Origin: Candidatus Krumholzibacteriia bacterium
GTDB lineage: Bacteria > Krumholzibacteriota > Krumholzibacteriia > LZORAL124-64-63
Direction: 5' to 3'
DNA: 23,927 nt
NCBI GenBank assembly: GCA_046484865.1
Contig: JAWOID010000038.1
Coordinates: 1-23,927 of the forward strand
Shown here: positions 1 through 7,165 of the stretch, piece by piece
Numbering within the stretch: the stretch's first letter is position 1
Layout of the letters: each line of letters opens with the position of its first letter
Program-made: the position numbers and the translations under genes
Notes under the pieces: model-generated
Database searches by the model: none
What the model saw: only the letters and a program-made list of their open reading frames with translations
What the model was told of the DNA's origin: nothing

Positions 1-482
1 GACCGGTACACGGGCTCCGCCCGCATCTGGGCGCCCTGGCCGGCCGGCAGCCGGTCGATGGCGGTGCCGTCGAGGCGGTAGCCCACGCACACCTTGATCT
101 CCTCGAAGCCGTCGAGCACGTCGAGCTTGGTGAGCGCAATCCCGCTGATGCCCGACGTCTTGATGGCCTGGCGCACCAGCACCGCGTCGAACCAGCCGCA
201 GCGCCGCTTGCGGCCCGTCACGGTGCCGAACTCGCGCCCGCGCTCGCCGATGCGCTCGCCGGTCTCGTTGGCCTGCTCGGTCGGGAACGGCCCCGAGCCG
301 ACGCGCGTTGCATAGGCCTTGGCAATCCCCAGAACGTAGGAGATGGCGCCGGGGCCCATGCCGGAACCGATCGCGGCCTGGGCCGCCACGGTGTTGGACG
401 AGGTGACGAAGGGGTAGGTGCCGTGGTCGATGTCGAGCATGACGCCTTGTGCGCCCTCGAACAATATGCGCCGCCCGGCCCG
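1..482 (-). pseudogene. purA: Adenylosuccinate synthetase, internal fragment (5' half absent, 3' end runs off the window)
   Basis: Manual minus-strand translation (not in the ORF track): [45 protein letters not shown]...[15 protein letters not shown]...[18 protein letters not shown]...TKLDVLDG...EPVYR, which contains the hallmark PurA motifs. Similarity stops near 482 and an in-frame TGA lies at 555-557, so the N-terminal GDEGKGK half is missing. Confidence 0.93.
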
Positions 483-490
483 ACAGGCAT

Positions 491-549
491 GGTTATTCAA
501 AATAACCGCCCAGGCTTGTGTACCCGGGTGTATTATACTGTATACAGTA
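491..549. promoter_or_regulatory. AT-rich regulatory patch with two palindromes and a minus-strand TATAAT
   Basis: GGTTATT-CAA-AATAACC (491-507), perfect palindrome TACTGTATACAGTA (536-549) and TATAAT on the minus strand (532-537), all in an otherwise GC-rich background. Confidence 0.5.
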
Positions 550-747
550 GCCGCTCAGTTCCTGCCGCTGGTGGGGCGACTGGAGGATGTGGCCCCCCGG
601 CCCCCGGCCCTGGCACACGTCGGCGCGATGGTGCCAGGTCCCCTTTTCGTCCGCACCCGTCTGGCCGCAGGCCGAAGCCCGCGCTAGAATTGGCCCGGAC
701 ACAGCGATCGGTCTCGACGCGCCGGCCCTGCAACAGCCGGGCGGAGG

Positions 748-1557
748 ATGATGTCTGTCGACAATAGACAGCCCTTCCCAGGTGAAGGCCCAGGCGGGCT
801 CCCCCCCTCGCAATCCCGCGCGCGGCCGCGCCCGCCGGGATCCCGGCGGCGGGAACTGTTTCCCTGGGTGCTGGCGGTCGTCACCCCGGCAGCGACGGCG
901 TTGTTCCTGGTCGGGTTGCGCAGTGTTTTCGCCACCTTCGCCGTCTACCAGGTCGGTCTCGCGCTCGTGGCACCGGCGGTCGACTCCCTGATCGTCCGGC
1001 GGCTGGGCTGGCGGGATCATCTCGAGATTCTCGGGGTCGCCGGTCGGGGTGCCGGCGGGATCCGGGCGCTCCTGCTCGGTCTCGGCCTCGGAGTGCTCGC
1101 GGCCGTGGTCGTGGCGGGATTTCTCCATTTCACTGCGGGTCTGTCCGATCCCACGGAACGCATCCGGAATTCGCTCGCCTGGTGGGGGATCACGGCCGCG
1201 GAGTGGCGCTGGCTGAGCCTCTTCATGATGACGGTGCATGTTCCGGCCGAGGAACTGCTCTGGCGCGGCTACCTCCAGACTCGGCTCGTCGGCACGTCGC
1301 GACGGCCGCGCGTTCGAGGCCGCGGCGCGGTCCTCCGTCGACTGGCGCTGATTTCAGGGCTGTTCGCCAGCTATCACGCCTTCACCCTCGCAAACCTGGT
1401 CCCGCTGCCGGCGATGGCCGCGACCATGTTCGCCGGCGTCTGGCTCGGCGGCATGGTCTGGGCGTGGTTGCGCTGGTGGACCGGCAGCCTGTGGCCGGCA
1501 CTGCTGTCGCATTACGGGGCGGTTGCGGCGTACGTGCTGTTCGTTCCCGATCTCTAG
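748..1557 (+). CDS. CPBP (CAAX protease/Abi) family intramembrane glutamic metalloprotease
   Basis: Multiple hydrophobic segments with the motifs EELLWRG, FASYH and SLWPALLSH; GGAGG immediately before the ATG ATG start. Confidence 0.85.
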   Translation: MMSVDNRQPFPGEGPGGLPPSQSRARPRPPGSRRRELFPWVLAVVTPAATALFLVGLRSVFATFAVYQVGLALVAPAVDSLIVRRLGWRDHLEILGVAGRGAGGIRALLLGLGLGVLAAVVVAGFLHFTAGLSDPTERIRNSLAWWGITAAEWRWLSLFMMTVHVPAEELLWRGYLQTRLVGTSRRPRVRGRGAVLRRLALISGLFASYHAFTLANLVPLPAMAATMFAGVWLGGMVWAWLRWWTGSLWPALLSHYGAVAAYVLFVPDL

Positions 1558-1749
1558 CGCGCGACCGCCACGTCGGCCGGAGACAGGATGGTGCCGGCCA
1601 CCCGGCCGCCGCCGCCGCTCCTCCGTCCCGCCGCCTGCTTGCACCCTTGCGCGTACCGTATTCTGAATAACGCAGACGATGACGTCCCAAATCATTTATC
1701 CTCAGGCGGATGTCGCGGGGCATCCCTAGATTGGCGGGAGATCGGCCAG

Positions 1750-1765
1750 GGGCACGGAACCTGCA
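1750..1765 (+). promoter_or_regulatory. Candidate sigma54 (-24/-12) promoter for the envelope operon
   Basis: GGGCACGGAACCTGCA gives GG-N10-GC with the GGCACG core, about 110 bp upstream of the proposed start at 1876. Confidence 0.45.
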
Positions 1766-1875
1766 AGCGTACATCCGGTCGCAGCCGCGGGCCGCCGATC
1801 GTCGGCCGCGCCGCATGTCAGCGCCCGAAGGCCTCCCGGCCGGATCTCCACGCAGCGCAAGGAGCTTCAGCAGCG

Positions 1876-2649
1876 GTGCCTCGGTTCTTCGTCAAACCGA
1901 TCGTCAGCGGCGAGACGGGTCGCGCAGCGGTGCGGGTGCGGCACGCATTCCTCCTGGCGCTCGTCGCGCTCGTCCTGTTCGCCGCCGTCGTGATGCCGGC
2001 CGACGGTCGGGCCGAGATGCCCGATTTCCGGGTGGGGTTGCGTTACGTCGGGGTCCCCGATCCCCAGCTCCAGGACCTGCTGCGCTGGACGGCCAGCGTG
2101 CGGCTGGTCGGCGAACTCGACTTCGCCTACACCGACTCGCTCTACACGATCGATTTCTGGGTCGTCGATCCTGCCGGCCTGCGGGCCACCAGCCGGCTCC
2201 CGATGGTCTTCAGCGGCAGCGAGCTGAGGGGCGGATTCGAGATCCCGGAGCTGCAACTCACCGCCACCCGCAACGGTGAATACTGCGCGCACGTGGCCAT
2301 CATCGCCGGCCCCGAGCTGGACAACGGTAACAGCGCCGCCGTGGACTGCATGGCGATCGCGCCGGGGCCCGTGCGCGTGGTGCCGAACGTGGCCACCCCC
2401 AACGGCGATGGGGCCAACGACACCATCGACTTCCTCGTCGCGAACAGCGATCTCACGGCGCCGCGGGTCGAGATCTTCGACCTGAGCGGCCGGCGGCTCT
2501 TCACGACCGACCGGATCCTGCCCGGCCGCCGCCTGCGCTGGGACGGCACCGACGAGGACGGAGATCCTGTCCCGCCCGGCGCCTATCTCTATCGCGTGAT
2601 CGACGGCGGACGGACGGTCGCCGCGGGCACCTGCGGAGTGATCCGGTGA
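1876..2649 (+). CDS. Secreted protein with T9SS type-B sorting (gliding-motility-associated/CHU_C-like) C-terminal domain
   Basis: AAGGAG at 1859-1864 followed by an in-frame GTG at 1876 (the ORF-track start at 1588 is probably too early). Signal-peptide-like HAFLLALVALVLFAAVVMPADGRA. C-terminal PNVATPNGDGANDTIDF...VEIFDLSGRRL...WDGTDEDGDPVPPGAYLYRV...GTCGVIR. Confidence 0.8.
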   Translation: MPRFFVKPIVSGETGRAAVRVRHAFLLALVALVLFAAVVMPADGRAEMPDFRVGLRYVGVPDPQLQDLLRWTASVRLVGELDFAYTDSLYTIDFWVVDPAGLRATSRLPMVFSGSELRGGFEIPELQLTATRNGEYCAHVAIIAGPELDNGNSAAVDCMAIAPGPVRVVPNVATPNGDGANDTIDFLVANSDLTAPRVEIFDLSGRRLFTTDRILPGRRLRWDGTDEDGDPVPPGAYLYRVIDGGRTVAAGTCGVIR

Positions 2650-4616
2650 ACCCGCTCGCGCACCGGACCACGGCGCGGTCCGGGTTCGTGTGCCTGCGGG
2701 CGGCGCTTGCCGCGGGGTCGGCTTATACCGGGCGGGCGGCCTTCTCCACGGCGGCGCTCGCCGCCCTGGTGGCGCTCACCGCCACCGCGGCGCTCACCGC
2801 CACCCCGGCGCTGGGTCAGGACGCACGGTTCGGGGAACGGGCCAACCCCGCCGATCTCGAGGATCCCTTCGCGCCGCTCGTGAACCCGGCCCTCGGCGAG
2901 ATCTCGACGAGACGCCTGGCCGCCGGTTACCGCCTGCTGCACCTGGATTTCCTCGGCGACATCAGCGATCTGCAGGCCGGAGGGGCCGTCTACGCGGGTC
3001 GAAGCGCGTTCACCGGACTCGTGGCCGGCTGGTCGGGTCTCGACACGCCGCTGTCCAGCGAGCAGGCGGGCCGCCTCGGCCTCGGCCGCGAGCTGGGCCG
3101 CGGCTTCGTGGCGGGATTCGGCGCCGGCTTCGTCCAGCAATCGTTTCGCCGCGGCAGGTTCGTCCTGGAGGATGCCTTCGATCCGCTGCTGCAGGGTTCA
3201 CTGACCAGCACGGCGGCCACCCTGTCGTTCGGACTCACCTGGTGGCGTCCGCGCGCCGGCCTCACCGCAGCCGTGGTCGTGGACAACCCGCATGAGCCGG
3301 ACGTTTCGCTGCAGGGCGACGGCTCGGCGGTCCTGCGACGCACCACCCGTGCCGGAGCGGCCTGGCGGCGCGACCGGTGGCAGCTCCACGCTGCCCTGGC
3401 GCACGACGCCTGGCTCACGCGCTGGTCGGCGGGAGGGCGGGCGTTCCTCGCGCCGGGCCATGCGCTCGGCGCCTCGGTGAGCGACGTCGACTGGTCGGTG
3501 AGCGCCCGCGTGGCGGTCGGCGAGGCCCTGTGGGTGGAGTACGTCGCCGCCTTCGCGCGGAGCGAGCTGGCCGACGCCTCCTCCGGCACCCACGGCCTGG
3601 CGGTGTGCTGGCTGCTCGGCGGTCCCGTGCAGCCGCGGTCCACGCGGCCGGGCACCCCGCCGGCGATCGGCGAGACCGCACCTCCGGCGGACCGCGGGAC
3701 GGCATCCGGGTTCACGGTGGCGGCGCCCCGGGATACGCTCCGGCTGCGCACCAAGCGGTTGCGGCGGATCATCGCGCCCGGCGTGGACGCCGAGCGCCTG
3801 GCGCAGCTGGCGCGCTGGCAGGTCGGCGTGCTCGACACCTCCGGGAGCGACGACGTGATTCTCACCCCCGGCGCACAGGTGCCGGCCGAAGCCCCGGCAG
3901 CAGAACGGCCGCAGGTCGACTATGCCGACGACTACCGGCAGCGAGTGGCCGAGCTCGGCCGCTGGCTGCGCGAGCATCCCGGCGAGACCGTCGTGGTGGT
4001 AGCTCCGGCAGACCAGCTCGATCGCGCTCGCGACCTGGCGGAGCAGGTCGCACGGTTCGCTGGCCGCGACGAGGGTTCCGGCTCCGGAGTGGAGATCCGG
4101 GTCCTTCCGGCGCCCCCGTCCGGCCACTCCGAGCTGGCTCGGCTCCTCGCTCCCGCCGGTCCCGGCCCGTGGCCGGACACGGAGCAGATCGCGCTGCGCG
4201 AGTTCGACCCCGTCCCGTTCACGGTGCAGCCCGTCGACGGAACCCCGCCGCCGGTCACCGCGTCTTGGACGCTCGCCATCATGGACCACCGGAACGGGAT
4301 CGTGCGCCGGCTGGAAGGGCAGGGCACGCCGCCCGAAACGGTGCTCTGGGACTGGCGCGACGACCACGGAGTCCGCAGGGGACGGGGCGAGTACCGTTAT
4401 CAACTCTCGTGGCGCGGGGCCGATGGGATTATGATGGGCACGCCCCCGAGTCGTCTTCTGGTCGTGGAGGAGATCCTGCAGCGCACACTCACCTTCGAGA
4501 CCGGAAGAGGGCCCCTCGAACTCTCGCCGGCCGGCGCGCCGAAGGGCGTGCGGCCGACCCTGATCATCTCCGGAGATCCCGCACCCGCGCGGCAGGACGC
4601 GCACGGCGGCGACTGA
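2646..4616 (+). CDS. PorP/SprF-like outer-membrane beta-barrel fused to a C-terminal region ending in a FlgD-like Ig domain
   Basis: GTG overlaps the upstream stop (GTGA). N-terminal half has VNPAL, GYRLLH, DPLL, DNPHEPDVSL and SSGTHGLAVCW, which resemble PorP/SprF motifs. C-terminal WTLAI...VRRLEGQGTPPETVLWDWRDDHG...GEYRYQL is FlgD-Ig-like. Confidence 0.65.
   Translation: MNPLAHRTTARSGFVCLRAALAAGSAYTGRAAFSTAALAALVALTATAALTATPALGQDARFGERANPADLEDPFAPLVNPALGEISTRRLAAGYRLLHLDFLGDISDLQAGGAVYAGRSAFTGLVAGWSGLDTPLSSEQAGRLGLGRELGRGFVAGFGAGFVQQSFRRGRFVLEDAFDPLLQGSLTSTAATLSFGLTWWRPRAGLTAAVVVDNPHEPDVSLQGDGSAVLRRTTRAGAAWRRDRWQLHAALAHDAWLTRWSAGGRAFLAPGHALGASVSDVDWSVSARVAVGEALWVEYVAAFARSELADASSGTHGLAVCWLLGGPVQPRSTRPGTPPAIGETAPPADRGTASGFTVAAPRDTLRLRTKRLRRIIAPGVDAERLAQLARWQVGVLDTSGSDDVILTPGAQVPAEAPAAERPQVDYADDYRQRVAELGRWLREHPGETVVVVAPADQLDRARDLAEQVARFAGRDEGSGSGVEIRVLPAPPSGHSELARLLAPAGPGPWPDTEQIALREFDPVPFTVQPVDGTPPPVTASWTLAIMDHRNGIVRRLEGQGTPPETVLWDWRDDHGVRRGRGEYRYQLSWRGADGIMMGTPPSRLLVVEEILQRTLTFETGRGPLELSPAGAPKGVRPTLIISGDPAPARQDAHGGD
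2771..2812 (+). repeat. 18-bp in-frame tandem duplication (ALTATA/ALTATP)
   Basis: GGCGCTCACCGCCACCGC followed by GGCGCTCACCGCCACCCC and a partial GGCGCT. Confidence 0.85.
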
Positions 4617-4697
4617 CGCGACGTCGCCGGGGCGGGCAGAGACCCGAGCGCACGAACCGGCAGCCGGCCCCCGGCCGGACGCCGGCCCCGAGGAGGA

Positions 4698-5516
4698 ATG
4701 CAACCCATGATGAGCAGGCGGGTGCATGCGCAGGCGCGGACGGTGCTCGCGCTGGGATTCTTGACGGTCGTTCTCGCCGGCGTCCCGCCGGTCATGGCGG
4801 CCCCGGCGGCCCCGGCGGCCCCGGCGGCACCGCTGGCGCAGGTGACGCCGCTGGCGCAGGTGACGCCGCCGGGCGAGGACGACCTGGTGGTCACCGAGTC
4901 GGTGGCGTCCTTCATCGCCAAGGGCGCCCCCATCAGCTACGTCATCCTCGTGCTGCTGGTGATCGCCACGTTCCTGGCCGCGGACCAGATCCGGGTCCAC
5001 TACCTCGAGAAGACGCGCGCGCGCGAGCTGCTGAGCACCGACACGCGCGGGCTGAGCCGCTCCGAGTTCGAGCAGCTGGCCGACCGGGCGCGCGACAGCC
5101 GGGTGGGCAAGCTCGTGGGCGAGGCGGTGGGCGTGTACCGCCAGTCGGGTGAGATCGCGCTGGTGGGCGCCGAGGCGGAGATCTACCGGGAGCGCGAGGA
5201 GCATCGCTTCAACACCTTCGAGTCGCGCATGGCGTTCCTCGCCGACACCGCCGGCGGACTCGGTCTTCTGGGCACCGTCTGGGGCATTTACCGCGGCTTC
5301 GCGGCCAAGGCGGTGGCGCAGACGAACGACGAGCTGCTCGCGGCCATGGGCGTGGCGCTGGTCACCACGTTCCTGGGCATCGTCGTCTCGGTCATCATCA
5401 ACTGGATGAGCACCGAGACCGGCGCCGCGGTGCGCGGCCGGATCATGACCGCCATCGGGAAGGTGGGGGACTACCGCGAGGTCCTGATCAAGGACCTCGG
5501 CGCCCGCAAGGCGTAG
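4698..5516 (+). CDS. MotA/TolQ/ExbB proton channel family protein with N-terminal signal-like extension
   Basis: GAGGAGG RBS; motifs GLGLLGTVWGIYRGF and AMGVALVTTFLGIVVS; three core TM segments. Confidence 0.9.
   Translation: MQPMMSRRVHAQARTVLALGFLTVVLAGVPPVMAAPAAPAAPAAPLAQVTPLAQVTPPGEDDLVVTESVASFIAKGAPISYVILVLLVIATFLAADQIRVHYLEKTRARELLSTDTRGLSRSEFEQLADRARDSRVGKLVGEAVGVYRQSGEIALVGAEAEIYREREEHRFNTFESRMAFLADTAGGLGLLGTVWGIYRGFAAKAVAQTNDELLAAMGVALVTTFLGIVVSVIINWMSTETGAAVRGRIMTAIGKVGDYREVLIKDLGARKA
4797..4868 (+). repeat. Tandem repeats: 9-bp GCGGCCCCG x3 and 18-bp CCGCTGGCGCAGGTGACG x2
   Basis: Read directly; encodes AAPAAPAAP and PLAQVT-PLAQVT just after the predicted signal peptide. Confidence 0.9.
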
Positions 5517-5525
5517 GGAGACGGC

Positions 5526-5990
5526 ATGCAGTCGCGACGCAACTACGGCATGATCATCCGCCTGGTGGACGTGGTGCTCATCGTGCTGTTCGGCTTCCTG
5601 ATGATCTCGAAGATCCAGCAGCAGGTGGACATTCCCCTGCCGCACAGCAAGGGCGTGAATCGGCCGGTGCAGCTCGACGAGGAGGTGCTGGACGTCTACG
5701 TGCGGCGTGACGGCCGCATCCAGGTCGGCTGGCTCGACTCCGGCTACCAGGTGGTCATGCCCCTGCGCAACGAGGACGAGGAACTGGCTCGCCGGCGCTA
5801 CGAGGACCTGAAGGCGCTCGTGGCCGAGGCCAACCCGGACGGGCGGCCGGTGGCGATCAAGGCCGAGTACGACGCGCCCACCCAGTACACGGTCGACATG
5901 CTCGACGTCTGCAAGGACCTGAACATGCCCAAGTCCATCACCTGCTTCGGACTGCCCGGCGCCGGCGCGGCCGCGGGCGCCGGCAGCTAG
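5526..5990 (+). CDS. ExbD/TolR biopolymer transport protein
   Basis: GGGAG RBS; TM segment IRLVDVVLIVLFGFLMIS with the conserved Asp; C-terminal VAIKAEYDAPTQYTVDMLDVCK resembles the ExbD periplasmic domain; directly follows the ExbB-like gene. Confidence 0.88.
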   Translation: MQSRRNYGMIIRLVDVVLIVLFGFLMISKIQQQVDIPLPHSKGVNRPVQLDEEVLDVYVRRDGRIQVGWLDSGYQVVMPLRNEDEELARRRYEDLKALVAEANPDGRPVAIKAEYDAPTQYTVDMLDVCKDLNMPKSITCFGLPGAGAAAGAGS

Positions 5991-6007
5991 ACCGGGAGAC
6001 GCTGCTC

Positions 6008-7165
6008 GTGTCACCGGGACGCCTGCGCATCGACCCCGACCGGCTGGAGAGCCTGCTCTCCCGTCGCGCCGTCTCGTATGCCGCCGCCGGCCTGGTGGTG
6101 CCGTTGATCGGCCTGATCATGGCGACGGGAACCATCGAGGTGCGCGCGGCGCGCCGGTCGGCGCCGGAGATCCAGCGGCTGCTGGCACCCCACTCGCGGG
6201 CCGAGGCGCCGCGGGCGGTGTTCGCGCCGTCGGCGGTCGCACCCGCCGAGCAGCTGGACCTGGAGGCGTTCGCGGAGGACCGCCGCCGCGCCCGGGAGGC
6301 GGAGGAGGTCGCGCCGGACGACCGCACCGAGCCGCAGGCCGGGCCGACGCCGGCGCCCTCCGCACCGGAGCCCCGCCTGCGGCTGGACGAGAGCGCACGA
6401 TCGCTGGAGCCGGTCGGTCGCGCCCACGACGGGCTCGCCGATCCGTCCGTGACCGAGGCGATGGGGCTGCTGGCCAGGGATCGCGAGGCCGGGCGAGTGG
6501 CGATGGGCCCGGAAGGATCGGGGCGCGGAATACCGGAGCTGCGCCGGGGCGCGGCCGGAGCCGGCGGCGCCGGAGGGACCGGCGTCCGGCCCGGCGGCAT
6601 TCCGGACGCCGGCGATGCGGGCACCACGGCCGGGCGCTCGGGACAGGGCGCTCCCACCGGCGGTGACCGCGCTGCGGCTCCCGGCGTGGTCCGGGCGGCC
6701 CCCCCGGTGTTCGCCGCCGAGGCGGAGGGGAACCTGGCGTCGGAGAAGCGAGCGCTCATCGACTGGATCGCCGCCAACCAGGCGCCGTTGCCCCTGGCGG
6801 TGGCCGTCGCGCTGGAGGAGGACCGGGTCAAGTTCGACCGCACCGCCGTCACCGCGTTCGCCGACAGCTCGGGCGCCATATGGCGGGCGTTCCTGCTGCA
6901 CCGGAGCGAGAAGGACCTGGTGCGACTGCTTTTGGTCCGGGATGACCGCGCCTGGCGGCTGGACCTGCCCGAGCGGGAACTGGCCGCCGACCACGTCCAG
7001 GCCGGACGGGTGGTGCTGGCTGGTTACGGTGGCGATCCCGCGCCCTCGGATGCGCCCATCATCGAGGTGTCCCTCGCCGCCGTCACCCGCGTGCCGAGGC
7101 CGGCGCGCGACGGCTTGAGCCTGGTGCGAGGCTGGATCGGCGGCGGCCGGATGAAGGAGCCGTGA
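6008..7165 (+). CDS. Single-pass membrane protein with Gly/Ala/Pro-rich linker and unknown C-terminal domain (TonB/TolA-like architecture)
   Basis: GGAG RBS before GTG; one N-terminal hydrophobic helix, a long low-complexity linker and a globular C-terminal ~140 aa; located after exbBD. Confidence 0.6.
   Translation: MSPGRLRIDPDRLESLLSRRAVSYAAAGLVVPLIGLIMATGTIEVRAARRSAPEIQRLLAPHSRAEAPRAVFAPSAVAPAEQLDLEAFAEDRRRAREAEEVAPDDRTEPQAGPTPAPSAPEPRLRLDESARSLEPVGRAHDGLADPSVTEAMGLLARDREAGRVAMGPEGSGRGIPELRRGAAGAGGAGGTGVRPGGIPDAGDAGTTAGRSGQGAPTGGDRAAAPGVVRAAPPVFAAEAEGNLASEKRALIDWIAANQAPLPLAVAVALEEDRVKFDRTAVTAFADSSGAIWRAFLLHRSEKDLVRLLLVRDDRAWRLDLPERELAADHVQAGRVVLAGYGGDPAPSDAPIIEVSLAAVTRVPRPARDGLSLVRGWIGGGRMKEP

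Noticed and set aside
536..549. LexA SOS box
   Set aside because: Spacing is CTG-N4-CAG, not the CTG-N10-CAG of the E. coli-type box.
1588..1875. ORF-track N-terminal extensions (also 12366, 18655, 20690, 22283)
   Set aside because: Downstream in-frame starts have better RBSs and match the family N-termini; several of the extensions cross promoter-like or hairpin DNA.
4797..4868. CRISPR array
   Set aside because: Short head-to-tail in-frame repeats without spacers; no cas genes. No CRISPR, tRNA, rRNA, integrase or transposase was recognised anywhere in the window.
3198..6014. 938-aa minus-strand ORF (also 8089-9969, 12261-14951, 15960-19076, 18808-20685, 22265-23926)
   Set aside because: Antisense shadows of well-supported + strand genes in high-GC DNA; no recognisable motifs.
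4698..7165. Canonical tol-pal or flagellar motAB locus
   Set aside because: No tolB, pal or ybgC; the partner is ExbD-like and lacks the MotB OmpA-type domain.
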